A stretch of 63,703 nucleotides of DNA, filler included, from Reticulomyxa filosa (GCA_000512085.1; 23 parts of 23 records of this genome joined end to end with filler, not necessarily neighbours in it); one strand, 5' to 3'; numbered from the whole stretch's first letter, positions 11,843 through 26,043 are shown. Notes: generated by a model from the letters alone, not told the origin. Numbers and translations are program-made.

Positions 11843-13860
11843 GTAACAAACGCGCAATAGTATTAGATCTATCGCGCATACCAAATTAAATTATGGAACC
11901 CAAGTATTGGCGCTCACAACACCAGTCCAATGTGCTAAGACAATTGACAAATAAATAAAAGATAAGCACGGACTGCATTTGGTCGTTGTCGCCATAAACA
12001 TAATTGATACTGCTCTTGACATTGTCCCACCCTTGCATTGGAGGGGGGGAGGGGGCGCACTATGTGATATTCGTCTATGTCTGAGAACGCGCAGTGTTCC
12101 ATGTCGCCCACGAACTTACGATTCTTCCAATCGATATGAACATGATTTGAAATCCAAATGTGCGCATGTGCGCAAGCACACGACTGTATGGAAATGGACC
12201 TAATTTTATAAACGCAGGACAACAACTCAAATGCAGAAATTAACTTGCCCGTTGGCGCTGGTAGATCGCAGTTTAATACTTTCTTTGCGGATAGCTATTG
12301 GCGTGGCACAGCACCAGAGACTTGTGTTTGCATACGTTGATTGCAAGCAACTTTTTTCAAATACTTCGAGCTACCACTGCCAGATATCGCCATATTCGTT
12401 TCATATTTTCCATTGGTGAAGGGGGGACGCTATTGGAAGTTAGCCGACGCTTGCCATTAGCGATTTTGCGTGTTTCCAAGAAAACCTGTCGACTGATTTT
12501 TTTTTCTTTTAGCCAAATTCAACGTGATAAAGACCTGTCATTTTTTTTTTATTCTCTCCATCTTCATCACCCTCCTCCTCTTCATGTTCCTCCACTTTCT
12601 TGCCGGTATCTTGCTGATCGCAATGTCACTTATTTTCTTACAATGTTCACGTCCTTTTTTTTCCATCGTCTTTCACCTCTTCGTCGGTCCAGTCGCTGCA
12701 GCCGTTGCTACACTATAATATCAGCGTCGTTTTCACTTTGCTTGCTATCACCATCTTCTTTTTTCTTCTTCCTGGCGGGCTTGCTTTTATGATCTAGTAG
12801 TACCAAGGTCTGGATATTGTTTGAGATTGGCTTGTTAGAGTCTTGCCCCACTGTTCCTACTCCATATCGCAACGTTTTCCAACGAGTTTATCTTCTATTG
12901 TCGATGTTGTGATGGTGGCCTGATTAAATGAACTCGACCATTTGCAATAAGGTATTGCAATATTTGCACATTCTATTTTTTTATTAGCATATCAGTTCTC
13001 CATCTTTTTTCTTGCTTTCTTGAGTACCACCAACACGTCGTTTGTATTCCATAGTCGATCCTGGAAGAAGTTCAGCATATGTAATAGGCGCTTGCTCGAC
13101 AAACTCAACGCGCAAAACTCTTGCTGCAATGGAGTCGGGACATGCAACCAGCTATCTCTCTTTCTTCATTAATCAACAATTCTCAAAGTCACCAGCGAAT
13201 TCATGGTGCAAAATCCAAGTTGCGAATGTGCGTACGCACACAAACCGTTTCTGCGCGATCTTGCGTGAATAAAATTAGGTCCATTTCCATAACGATTAAC
13301 TATCTTATTCTTTGACGCTCGAAGATCGCACTTCGATATAATCTTTGGTGCTGCGCCACGCCAAGGCAGGACTTTTGCATCTAAGTTAGCAGCAAATAAA
13401 TCTTTCTACTGGAGTTGCAATTGCCGACATTGACAAACTCATTAGCACATTTCATTGGGGCGATAATTGAAGATAGTCCACGCCAGCGAGTGGCCAATTT
13501 GCGTTTTTCTTCACTTGAAAAATTTCATAACCAAGTTCAACACTGCCGGTCGACTACTTTTTTTCTTTTACAAATCCAATGCGATCCGACTTGTTATATA
13601 AAATTGATTCCAACTTCCATAACGATCGGTACCTGTCAGTAGACATTCCACAACTAAACAAAATAATTCAAACGACTTTTTCTTTTTTAATAAATACCAA
13701 ACTTTGAAATTTTCTTCACTGAGTCTCTTCCACTTTCTCCTTAACTCTTTCTTCTCCAACTCTCCTCTAGCTCTTTCTCTTTCTGTTTGGCCACTTTACC
13801 AATTGCTAGTGCGTGTGGACTACGCAATCTTTCCAAGTTTCGGGAACAATATCCCTTTTT
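11843..13860. repeat. Decayed repeat/gene family, two copies in opposite orientation
   Basis: tatggaaatggacctaattttat at 12187-12209 (+) and 13269-13291 (-). ttggcgtggc(a/g)cagcacca at ~12298 (+) and ~13347-13366 (-). ORFs are broken by many stops. Confidence 0.6.
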
Positions 13861-14735
13861 TTGCAAATTTCTTCATTTTTTTTTCTCTTTTTATTTTTGT
13901 TCTTTTTTATCTTTTTTTTTATCTTTTTATTTTGTTCTTTTTATCTTTTTTTTTTTTCTCTTTTTATTTTTGTTCTTTTTGCTCTTTTTTTTTATTTTTT
14001 TTTCTCATTGTCATTTTTTTTTTAATATTTTTTTCCATTTCTTTTTTATTTTTATTATTCATTTTTTTAATTTTCTTTCTTAAAAAAATTTTTCAACCCC
14101 CCCCTTTTTCTACATTTCTCCTCTTTTTTCTCCATTTCCCTTCTTTTTTCTCCATTTCCCCTCATTTTCCCCTATTTTCAAATTTTTATCCCCCCTTTTC
14201 AATTAATTTTTCCCCATCATTTTTCCCAATTTCCCTTATTTTTTTCCCTACACTCTAATATAAAATATAAAGATAAAAAAAAAACAAACTTTTCCATTCT
14301 TTTCTTTGACAATTGAACCTACAAACACAATCATAAATTTAAATATTTTTTTCATTTTAAAAATATACGCAACATACTTTTGCGCTGGAGCTTAAGCTCC
14401 AATTCCAAGCAACTATTTTTTTTTTCTTTTGGTACGGGGAGGGGGCAAATATAATATTTTTTGGATGGAGGCATGCCTATTCCAGACATACATCATTTGA
14501 TAAAATAAAAAAATTAAAAAATAAAAAAAATAAAAAATACAAACCATTTAATTTTGTTTTTGATGCGGGGAGGCTTCAACTCCAAAGTTTGTGTGTGTAG
14601 GGAGTTGGGATGGACGTGTATATATTTTTTATTATNNNNNNNNNNNNNNNNNNNNNNNNNNNNNNNNNNNNNNNNNNNNTTAATTAATTAANNNNNNNNN
14701 NNNNNNNNNNNNNNNNNNNNNNNNNNNNNNNNNNN

Positions 14736-14773
<38 letters not shown>

Positions 14774-14792
14774 ATTGTTGTTGTTGTAGTCG

Positions 14793-15508
14793 TCATAGAA
14801 ATTCCTTTTTTTGTTCTCGCTTTGACAATAATGATAACGATTGATCTTGCATAGCAATCGGCTTCAAATGAGACACACGTGCAAGGACGTTGGTGGAATG
14901 CCTTCTCCTCCGTGCTTGCGCGTAGTGCAAGGATGAAGAATACTTTTTCATCACCGCCCATGTGGTATCCCTCTGTTCTTGTTGTTGTTGTTGTTGGTCC
15001 CCATTATTTTCCTTGTTTTTATTGATTTGATCCAAAGTGACAAATATGGTGTTGCATCTTGCACTTTTTTCTAGGACTGGAGCTTTTGTTGACTCCAATG
15101 TGCTGGCGACATTTGGATGGCCCATCATATCGTCCCCTTTTTCAAAAGTTTGCGAGACAAGTGTGGATGTGGACATTGCCAGAGACAAACTGTTTCTTCG
15201 TTTTTTCTGCGGCTGTGGCCTCTGTTTGTCCTCTTTCCACTCGCTCCATGGCAGTGGTGGTGACACTTGAAGTATGTATGACCATAGATGCTCCCGCTCC
15301 TTGTCAAAAACATGCTCATATTCTCATTGCCTTCTCCAAACTTCTTCAAGAGATAACTTGGCTTGGTCAACTCCACCCCGCAAAACACTTCTTCCGAAAA
15401 GTGTACGTGCCCCAAGAAACGCACTACACCCTGAGCGGAAACGTCCTTCAATTCCACCACATCTCCCTTACATAAGGCTGTGTTCTTTTTCTTTACTTCA
15501 ATTTCCAT
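14793..15508 (-). CDS. CAP-Gly domain protein (one frameshift near 15267)
   Basis: GDVV...GVVRFLGHVHFSEEVFCGVEL...GSIYGHTYFK; the domain's final strand (NTIFVTLDQI) lies in the second frame (14793-15266). Confidence 0.75.
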
Positions 15509-16102
15509 TATTCACCAAAATTCTTATAAGTTCTCATATATATTTGGGGAAAAAATGTCCCCTTTTTATTTCCAACACACAAAAAAAAGGCAGTGTAACA
15601 CTCGAAAGCTGTGACGAACACTGAACCCAGAGAATTGTAAACTTGTGTTGCAATTACTTTAGATAACATGCTGATAGTTATCTTACCTTACTATTCCGTA
15701 AAGATACATTGTCGTGTAGAAATTGTTTTTTTTTTGACGATATTGAACATTAAAATGAAATAATGATAACATGTTTTTTTTCATGAAAAAATGGATAACC
15801 TTCCTAAAAAAGTGCATATTTTGGCTGTGTAATTCATTAATTATTAAATCAGGCTTTTTAATCACAGTTTATGGTTTATAGTATACAACATGGAAAAAAT
15901 CAAATATGAAAAGGCTGACAATAAATGCATATGAGTTTCACGCTGTTTTCTGGAATAAAAAGAATAAGGTCCGCGGCAAATTTTTTCTTTTTAAAAAAGC
16001 CTCTGATTGAACAATACAAAGCATTCATAGAATAAAATAATGATTATTTTGTTTATTTTGTGTTGTAATCACAGGTAACTCAATTTTCTCATTCCATCTG
16101 CG

Positions 16103-17240
16103 TTATCCCCACAGCCTGATAGTTTTATCCTTGGAAGATGATATAATTCTGTTCCCACGCAAAGAAAAATCCAGCCCTACAATCGACTCTGAATGTCCTT
16201 CAAATTGCAAAACTTGTTGCCCTAATCTCGCATCCCACATCCGAATAGTTCTATCAAATGAGCATGACACAATCGATTGACCATCAGATGAAATGGCTAT
16301 ATTGCTGACATTACTCAGATGTCCTCTCAATACTCGGATTTCTTTTTCAGTTGCCACATTCCATATTCGAATTGTATTATCCAATGAACAAGACACAATA
16401 GATAAACCATCCGGAGAGAATTGTGCTCTATCAACAACATCAAGATGTCCAATCAATGTGCACAGCATTTCACCTGACTTTACATTCCATATTTTAATCG
16501 TTTTGTCAAACGATGCTGACACAAGTGTTCGATCTCTTGGTGAAAATTGAACATCATTTACACCATCTGAATGTCCTTTCAATTTTTTAATTGCTTTTCC
16601 AGAATTTGTATTCCATAATCGAATTGTAGCATCCATTGAACTTGATGCGATCATATTCCCATCTGGCGAAAATTGAGCTCTTGTTATCCCTTCTGTATGT
16701 CCCTCAAATTTTCTTATCTCTTTTCCAGATTGCACATCCCACAATCGAACTGTTTTGTCAAATGAACATGAAACAACCATATCATCATTCGGAGAAAATT
16801 GAGCATCATACACCCAATAGGAATGTCCTTTTAAAATATAAATCACTGCTCCAGATTCGACGTCCCATATTCGAACTGTGTCATCATTAGAAGATGACAC
16901 AATTTTTTTATGTCTGATGAAAATTTTACACTATTCACATAACTGTATGTCCTTCAAATACTTTTAACTGCGTATAGACTTTCGCCTATTTGCGTTTTTG
17001 GTTATTCACAATCTCTTATTTAAATTATATAAATATATACATATATGTATATGTATATATATAATGTATATAAATATATATATATATATATTTATATATA
17101 AATTGCTTGATTCATTCCAACGAAAATATACTTTAATGTATTTTGCTATAATGTTGTCAAGATCATTGATCCATTCTTTATCAAGTGGCGACGTTCGAAT
17201 CCAATATTGCAAAAGTAGGCTTGTTTCTTCTTCAATCTAT
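16103..17240 (-). CDS. WD40-repeat protein of an expanded family (first repeat frameshifted)
   Basis: Tandem GH...FSPDG..IVSCS.DKTIRLWD repeats, plus an upstream exon LQYWIRTSPLDKEWINDLDNIIAKY. Two indels at ~16905-16950. Confidence 0.9.
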
Positions 17241-18019
17241 TTCGGTTATTTTTTTTAAAAAAAAAAGATTGCGTCTTGTCATTACACATATTAACAAACT
17301 CTACTTTTTTAGACAAACGGAAATATGATTACCGAACGCACTGCTATCCTCTTTTTGGAAAATATTTTTTTAATTGATTTTCGAATGTTCATTCCTCCAC
17401 AAAGTTCAATTTTGTCAACAAAGATTGACATGTCCATCTCCTTGAATTTTTCGTATTGTAATAGTTGTTGGATCATCTTTTTCTATAATTAATGTACGAT
17501 AAAAAAACACAAAGGAAAAATAAACTCTTGTTATGAACGCTTTCATTAGTCTAATATCACCCCCAAGCACTAGTTGTCCAGGTTCCACCGTGTTTAGTGC
17601 GTTTTTTCTTAAAATAGTGGGCTCCACTGTTGCAACATATCATAAGCAACAATATGTAAGCAGAGAAATATAAAAAAAACAAAGAAATAAAACTGCTCAT
17701 TGTTTCACAAACTTCAATATTTTCTTCAAAAAAAAAAAGGATCAATGACGTTCGCTCCTGCGCACACGGACAAAACTTGCAAGGAGTAAACAAGAAGATA
17801 ATGTTTAGCTTAAGACTTGTTAACAAGCCACAAAAATAATTGGAGCATGCAGATTACTGTTTTTTCAACTCGCACTATGATGTATATTTCAATAATTGAA
17901 AAAAAAGTGTTGTGTGCACTTTTCACAAAAATTACTTAGGTAACGATAAAACGAAAACGAAAACGGTCAATATAATATATTCGTGTATAATATAGATGAA
18001 AGACGATTAAAAAGAGTCG

Positions 18020-18931
18020 TCACAACTTAACAAGCACAAAGAAAAGAGAAAAAGCCAAAGCAAATGAGCTGATCATATTTTCAGAAGAAGAGGAGGAAAG
18101 AGTAGTGGTTTGAGGAGCTGGAGTACTTTTGTCAGTGCAAATCAAATATTGTAATTCTGAGGGGAGATAGATTGCATTCTTAATACAGTCTGCCGTGTAC
18201 GTGGATGTACTTGAGCTGCCCATGCAAGTGTTTGAATTGTACGATTTCTTCTCTCTTTTGAATTGCTATCGTCACAAGTGATATTCCATGTGAATGAACG
18301 CCCTTCGGTCGTGATGCAAATCTGATCTACCATGTGCACTACTCTTTGAAAACAATACGGAAAGGGAGCGGGAACAGAAAAAAAAATTGTGTACATCCAT
18401 AAAATCAACATGGTCAATTCAAAAGAAAAAAAAAACTAACAAGGAAGTGTTACAGGTCCCCTGCTCGACATCGCATTTGCAAGGAGATTTAAAACCAAAC
18501 AGCTTTGCACAATTTGGCTTGCTAGAAGCGCAGTCAAATATGGAAGATGTATCATTGTAAACCGTAATATTTTGTTGACCTAAAAAAAAAAAAATTATTT
18601 ATACGTACATAAGTTTGTAGACCACCGTCACAAAAAAACGCTCATACCAGTACAATTAAGTGAGTCGGCGTAAAAGTGCTTAGCTGCATGTGTGGAGTTG
18701 ATGCAGGTGTACATAAAAGAATTTTTTGTGGTAGAATGACTCACAATTTCAGTGTAATAGTTGCAGTAACCAATTCCAATTGTGTAAGCAACTTTCATTT
18801 CAAACAAACACGCATGCTTTGTTGTCTTTTTTTTTTTTTTGCACCTAACTGTTGTCGTCATAAAAATATTGACAATCGCTCGCACTAAAGGCACAACTTA
18901 AAAGAGCCAGAAATGCAATAAAAACTAACAT
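18020..18931 (-). CDS. Secreted Cys-rich, probably GPI-anchored surface protein (multi-exon)
   Basis: Signal-like MLVFIAFLALLSCAFSASDC from the ATG at 18931, Cys-rich exons with N-x-S/T sites, a Ser/Thr stalk and the hydrophobic tail SFALAFSLFFVLVKL. One apparent frameshift at ~18250. Confidence 0.65.
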
Positions 18932-20235
18932 TTTTTTTAAATTTATTCAGAAAGGTATTTTTTCCTTTTTAAGAACGTCCAACCTCTTTGTAAAAACTTT
19001 TCCAACAAAACAGCTGTTTTTGTTTAATGAACAAATTGCTATTTTTGAAAATTAAATGTTTATGCATATAGCAGAAACACGTTTTAAAAAAATTTGAAGT
19101 TTCAATGCGAAAATTCGTTGCCACAATCATACTAAACAAATCAAATTATAAATTATATCCTATTAAAAAACATTTATTATATATACAATAATATCATACA
19201 ACAGAAAAAACGTAATTATTTATTTTTTCGATTCATACATAATAAAAATATTTATAAAATGCAATATTAATTCATATTTTCATTATTCAAATAAAATGTA
19301 AACGTTATTGTATTTTTCATTAATAATATATACATTTTATTATTTATAATATTGTAGGTCAAGTCACTATTATAAGTATCTGAACGCCAAGTGAACTTAG
19401 AAATCCACATTATGTTAAACATCATCAACAACATACTTCTTACTTTGTTACTTTTATTTACTTTTCTTTTGTTATTTTGTTTTATTATTCAAATTACTTT
19501 CGTTTTACGAAACTCCTGTTCTCTTATAAGTAAACATCTATCGTATTACAGTTATTGTATCAATACTATCAGCAGACGTCCCACAATATTAATTCTAAAA
19601 CATACTACGACTACATAAAATTATAAAAAAAGTAGTATTAATTTAATAAAGATATACTTAAATCTCAACAAATTTGACTCATGTTACACGCTTTGCTCTT
19701 GAAAAATTAAAAAAATCATTTCATATGTTTTGAAACAGCGAAAGTGATTGGACGATGACAAACAAGAAAATTTAAAAAATGGAACTAGACCCTTTTAAAA
19801 AAACTTTTGGAACTGGTCAATTTTATTACACATTTTTCCATAAAATTATAGCTTTATATGCTTTGTTTGTTTCAATAATAATATGGTGACTTAGTATCCG
19901 CACTAAATGAAAAGATTCTAATGCTAGTATTTTCTACTGTAAAATATTTTTAGAAAAATATTACGTAAAAGAATGTAAAAATCACTAACTCTTAACTGTT
20001 TAAATTTGCAATTGTTGTGTTACTTTTCGCTTGAAGTGAAATAAGTAAAAAACAAGCCCCCATACTGATTATATTGACAGTGCTTTTCTTTGCAAAGCAA
20101 AGGGCAAATAAATCATTCATTCTTGCCATGAAGTCGATATTTCGAGCCTTGTTAATATATCTCATTAGAAAACAGTAGTGCCACGGTTCACTAGAAACGT
20201 GTACAACCACAACAAACATTGACAGAAAAACGATA

Positions 20236-20638
20236 AGAGCAACTACACAGAAGGAGAAAAATTGTCCGAGAGCTGACAGCAACAAATGAGGAGGTCCCTT
20301 CACCACAGCGCTTGGATGAATTGTTCATTTGATGAGAGAGCAGCCACAAGAATTTCAAAAGGCATTCCAAATGTTGTTAACAAGAGCAACCGACTATCGA
20401 TATGCAAAACATATGGAAAAAGTTGAACAAAAAGAATTTTTGTTTGTTTCCCTCCCCCCTTTTCATAAAGAAAAAGAAAGAAAATAAGAACATCGAAAAC
20501 AGGGATTGCATGTGGTAGAGTATCTTCTGAAATATGGCAACGAAGATTTTATCCGATCGTGCAAAGCTCACATAAAAGACTTTGAATCGTTGAAAGAATA
20601 TAAATACGAAATGTATGGGAAAGATTATGGTGTAGGAG
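20236..20638 (+). CDS. ENTH-domain (epsin-like) protein, partial
   Basis: NYTEGEK-IVRELT...MLLTRATDYRYAKHMEK|GLHVVEYLLKYGNEDFIRSCKAH...LKEYKY..GKDYGVG aligns with epsin ENTH helices. Two single-base gaps at A runs. Confidence 0.8.
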
Positions 20639-20929
20639 GTAATAATTTCTTTATTTGTTTTATGATATCTTTATCTGGACAAAACTTTGAGGTACAACAA
20701 AAAAAAAAAAAGGAGGGGTGGAATACGAAAGAAATTGGGAAGAGGCGCAAATGCGAAGAAAAAAAGGGGTGCATACTTTTTTTTTTTTNNNNNNNNNNNN
20801 NNNNNNNNNNNNNNNNNNNNNNNNNNNNNNNNTTAATTAATTAANNNNNNNNNNNNNNNNNNNNNNNNNNNNNNNNNNNNNNNNNNNNAAAAAAAAAAAA
20901 ACAAAAAAAAAAAAAAAAAAAAAAAAAAA

Positions 20930-21971
20930 GCCATACATTGAAATCGAACTTGTAATCAAACATTGGTATCGATTATTTTCTATTAAGAGAAGATGGATTG
21001 GAGAACTTTCCAGAATTGTCTCACGCTACTTTTTGGTATGAGCTTTTCTGTTTACGTTTCTGTTGTTTGCTTTACGCTGATCTGCCACGACCACAAAACA
21101 TATACAATAGTTGACATATTTCAAACTATTGAAAGTAGTTCAAATGCAGTCAATTGCTGGAAATGTAAGTTTTTCATTAGATAGCGCTAAAATAGTTTTT
21201 TCTTCGGGCAATACGGCTCAGATCTTGGACATAAAACAAGAGAAAGTAATTCAAGTGTTGCAAGGACATTCAAAAGATGTAAATGATGTACAATTTTCAC
21301 CTGATGAAAAAATGATTGTCTCGTGTTCAGCTGATAAAACAATTCGATTGTGGGATGCAAATTCAGGACAAGTAATAAAAATTTTTGATGGACATTCCGA
21401 TCGTGTAATAAGCGTCCAATTTTCACCTAATGGGCTTTTCATTGTGTCGTGCTCAAGTGATGAAACAATTCGACTGTGGAATGTAAATACTGGAAACCAG
21501 GTGAAAATACTGGCAGAAAATTTATCTAAACCAAAAAATGTGAGATTTTCACCACATGGCCACTTGATTGTGTCATCAAGTTATGAATACACTCAGATTT
21601 GGGATGTGCAGTCGACTAACAAAATCCATGAATTGCGTGCTGATTCAACCCATGTGTACAAATCGCAAATTTCACCTAATGGTCACAGTGTTGTATCTGC
21701 TTTAGACAGGGCCATCCGATTGTGGGATACAAACTCAGGAGCAATAACAACATTGAAAGAGGGTATCCCTTATATAAACGATGTAAAATATTCGCACGAT
21801 GGCCAATTTTTTGTATTATGTTCACAAAATATTCAAATATGGGACGTAAAACTCAAAACGAACATCCAAGACCTTATAGTGCATGTGCCGACAAGCGTGG
21901 ATATATCATCAGACAGTAATCTAATTGCCTCCTCTTTTGGAAATAAAATTATCATTTGGAGGCGTTTATGA
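20930..21971 (+). CDS. WD40-repeat protein of the same expanded family
   Basis: QGHSKDVNDVQFSPDEKMIVSCSADKTIRLWD and further repeats. The upstream exon has the family motif VIKHWYR...DW. Confidence 0.9.
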
Positions 21972-22500
21972 ACATACAAAAAGTAATTTATGTATTTACA
22001 AAGAAAATATTAAATGAAAAAGGATCAAACACAAATAATCAACAATTTTTATTGTCTTTGTTCTGTAAGTGATATAAAAAAACAAAATATCAATGAACAA
22101 TAATGTTACCTTACTATTTACCTTTTTGTACCATGTTTCTTTTTCCTCTTTTATCTGGGTGAACATTTCAACTAAATCTAGCATTTTGCTAAAACCAAAC
22201 AACTTGAACGCTATCCGTGTTTGCAAATACTTCTTTTAACACACAATAGAATCAGTACAGAAATTCTTATTCCAATTGATATACAATTATATGCCTCTCA
22301 AACATTTTCTTGAAATAGCTCACTAGCAAAATTCCTAAAAACTAATAGATTCAAACAAACATTTTCCAATTCAATAAGTTCATGTTCTCATGTGGTGCTT
22401 NNNNNNNNNNNNNNNNNNNNNNNNNNNNNNNNNNNNNNNNNNNNTTAATTAATTAANNNNNNNNNNNNNNNNNNNNNNNNNNNNNNNNNNNNNNNNNNNN

Positions 22501-22544
<44 letters not shown>

Positions 22545-22972
22545 GTGTTCAAAATCTGCCATCCATTGATCATTGACAATGACCAAAGTCCGCAAGCACG
22601 TCAAAGTGGCCAGTCCTTGCAAGCAACTGGGCGACTGCCATATGCAATTGCCGGACAAATTTAAAATATGCAAGCTGAAGTCGCAGACTTTGTCATTGTC
22701 TTCATTGGCTTGGTCTTTCAATTCTGTTTGAAAAGATATATCCGAAGAAGCTGCGACGACAGCAGTAGAAGTAGTGGTGGTCTGTTGTTGCCATCGCTTT
22801 GCTAGAGCATCAACTAATATTTGAATATATTCCGCGGGCAATTTTAAATTGGACACATTCAACACTTTCAATGATTGATTATATAGCAATGCTTGTCCCA
22901 GTACTTTCCACGCATATTTCATACTCTTTCGATTCCAATCTCTGTTATTTTGTAGCCATTCCTCGGTCGGCC

Positions 22973-23004
<32 letters not shown>

Positions 23005-23935
23005 TTATTATTATTTTATTATATTCTTTTAAAAAAAAAGTGGTTCATTTTAGTATTGGACTTCCCCCCCCTATCTTTCTTTTGTGTATTTGAAGTAAAA
23101 GTACTTAACCATTGGGTCGATTGAATATTCAAATTGCGAATTTGACATTGGCGATGCATTAAGGCATGAGCCACAATATACAATTTGCTTTTTAAATCGA
23201 CGCAATTGTCCAAACTTAAGAAATTCAATTGGCTAATTGTTTGCACAAGTTGTGAATAGTCCAGATATGCCGCTTTGGCATCCACGTCCAAATGATCGTG
23301 CAATACAATATTCATTGCCGCAAATTCGGTCAATGGTTCGTCTGCCAATTTCTTTTCGCTCTTCTTTTCATTGCCTGCCTCCGTTAATACTTCTTTCGTC
23401 TTTTTCTCTTTCTCTTTCTCTTTTTCTTCGTTTTTCTCTTTGCTTGTGTCTTCGCTCACTATTTTTTTTGTTTGGACGTCCGTCGCTGTCTGCGTTTCCG
23501 TTGACACTTCTTGCAATTTTTTCAATTCTTCTATTGCCACTTCTTCATCGTCATCATTTCTTCTTGAATTGTTGGTCTTTTTTAAAATAATTTTAAAAAA
23601 TTGTCCCCCCTTCCTCCTTTTTTTTTTTTTTTTTGGAGAGCGCATTATATTAAGAGACAACCAAAATTTATCACCTCACTCATTCTTTTGTCCGATTTCA
23701 ATTCTTCTTCTTTTTCTCTCTCATACAACTGTTTAAGGGTTAAATCCCATAATTCGAAACGTAAAATTACCACAACACCCGTCCACTTCTTTTTTTGCCA
23801 AAAAGAAAAAAGACAAGCCAAAGAGAGACTAACTGAACAATAGCTTCCCATCTCAACAATAATGAATTTTCACTATTTGAATAGAAACACAGGAAATGAT
23901 CCTGATCGTGGATTGCCCGGAAGGGAATTTTTCAT
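22501..23935 (-). CDS. RNI-like leucine-rich-repeat protein (5' part)
   Basis: LNFLSLDNC, IRNLNIQST, ALLYNQSLKVLNVSNLKL, LHILNLSGNCI. Multi-exon; tentative ATG at 23935. Confidence 0.7.
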
Positions 23936-24265
23936 GTTCTGTTCGGAAAAAAAACCTATAAACGGAAAAATGTGAAAACAGCCACAAACCACAAGTACTG
24001 TTAATTATAGTAAATGTCGATATCCAACTTGCTGCGTTTTTGTAAGCGTGTGGAAATTTCTATGAGTTATATTATGTTATGTGAATTATACTCAAAGTTA
24101 CATTTTAATTTTCCCTGTTTTAAGGTTTTTAAGCACTTCCTTTTAAATTAAGACAACGCTCGTTCCAAGTACTCCCTTCCCAAAAAAATTAGGTTTTTTG
24201 TTAGCAGGAAAACCCCCTTTTGCAAGCAGTATAGACACAGCTGACTTCAATTTTGAAGGGATTGA

Positions 24266-25200
24266 ATGATGCTTCAACAAAACTCGTTACTCTTAGGACA
24301 AGCTCAGCCCGTCCAGTCAATTATGCCATATACTTTTACTACAGGGGAGCTGGACTCGTTGCGAGGAAAACTCCAACTGGCGGAGCAACATTCCAAAAAC
24401 TCACAGTCCATCGTTCAGTTGTCACTAAATGAAATTCGCACTCTTGAAAAGATGATCGATATGACATACCTGCAAGGACTGAGGTTTGTTGTACAATGTA
24501 TCTTATTCCTTCGGGGTTTGAAGCCAGCGCGTTGCACGCGATGGATTAGATTAAGTAATAACAATAACAATAACAATAATAATAATAATAACAACAATAC
24601 ATACAAGTGGGTCCGGAATATTGCCTTCCCTTCAGCCAAACAGCCATCCTTCAATGGTCATGAAATCGAGTGGAAGTACTGTGACTCCTCCAAGCAACTA
24701 TGTCTGTCACAAATGCGGCATCCCAGGGCATTTCGTCCACGACTGTCCCAATGTGAGTGGCAGAGGCTCACCACCTGAAAATTATGTGTGTCGCAAGTGC
24801 AACATTTCTGGTAATTTTTGTTTTTTTTTTTTAAAAAAAAAAAAAAGGTTGTTTTCTTATTAATTGTTTGAAACCAGAGAGTGACAAAAATAAATAAATA
24901 AAAAGGACATTGGATTCAGGATTGTCCTTTGGCCAATCAGCAAGATTATAGCAAACCTCCGCCACCTGGATATTGCTGTCATCGTTGTGGGGTACCTGGA
25001 CATTGGATTAAAAATTGCCCCACGAACAGCAATTTGGAAAAGAATTCTGGAGAAAGAGAATCATCGAATTACGGGCAAAACAAAGAAAAAAAATTAGTCC
25101 AATCATCCAATACTCAACAGGTTAACACGTTCCGTGATTATTCTGATAATACCACAAAAGACGTTGATGACCGGAATTTCACTACACAAGAGACCACCTG
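24266..25200 (+). CDS. Protein with three CCHC zinc knuckles (RBBP6/Mpe1-type knuckles)
   Basis: PPSNYVCHKCGIPGHFVHDCP, PPENYVCRKCNISG|HWIQDCP (split by intron 24811-24905) and PPPGYCCHRCGVPGHWIKNCP. Confidence 0.85.
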
Positions 25201-26043
25201 TATGAATTTTTTTTTTTTTTTAAAAAAAAGAGAAAATGCGAAGACACACTTTTTTATGTTTGTGTGAAGCAATAGACGATTCAAAAAATTATCTTGAATA
25301 AGTAATCTTTTTCAAAAAAAGAGAAAGGGCGGAAAAAAACGTGACTTTTTTCGATTATTACAACATTTTAACGAAAAGCTCTATTTGACAGAGATTTTTA
25401 AAAATTTTAAAAAAAAGATGAATGTTTGAAGAAGTTAGCTTGTGTGCACGATGCTATTAATTGGGTTTTTTTGTTTGTTTTATGATTTTTTTCTTTTACA
25501 TTTGTGTCTTTTTTTTTTTCCTCCCCTGTGTCGAACTTTTGTTGTGAACTTTGATCAAGAGAATCAAAACAAAAAGTTATTTTGTTTTTCAATGAATATA
25601 CGACAATTGTGATAACTCTAAGTACATTAACTGATTGGATATATCCATTTTCCTCTCAGTGAACCTAACATAAAATGGTTGTGAACATTATTGAGGAAGA
25701 ATATTACAATGTTAAAATCTTCAAATTCAAAAGGATAGTAAAACTGGCCTTGGCCAGGGTTGGGAAAAAAAAGGGAGGGTGGGAGGGGGGGAGAAGCTGA
25801 AAGATCAGCCGACAAACCAATAATTCTATTATTGGCATTAACAATTTAAAAAAAAAAACATAACAAAAATCACACCACGTCATTGGGAGAAAAAAAAAAG
25901 GTTGATTTTTGTTTGTGTTTTTTTTTTTNNNNNNNNNNNNNNNNNNNNNNNNNNNNNNNNNNNNNNNNNNNNTTAATTAATTAANNNNNNNNNNNNNNNN
26001 NNNNNNNNNNNNNNNNNNNNNNNNNNNNAAAAAAAAAAAAAAA

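Noticed and set aside
13704-14258. Long Phe/Leu-rich ORFs that look like membrane proteins
   Set aside because: Produced by T-rich low-complexity sequence that lacks stop codons.
14465-14500. ggaggcatgcctattcc resembles the 3' end of 5.8S rRNA
   Set aside because: The match is short and no other 5.8S, SSU or LSU conserved blocks are nearby.
15267-20330. Single-base frameshifts in the CAP-Gly, WD40, surface-protein and ENTH genes as programmed frameshifting or RNA editing
   Set aside because: Most fall in short A/T runs and are fixed by adding one base, which fits homopolymer sequencing error or pseudogene decay. No shared slippery or stimulatory signal is visible.
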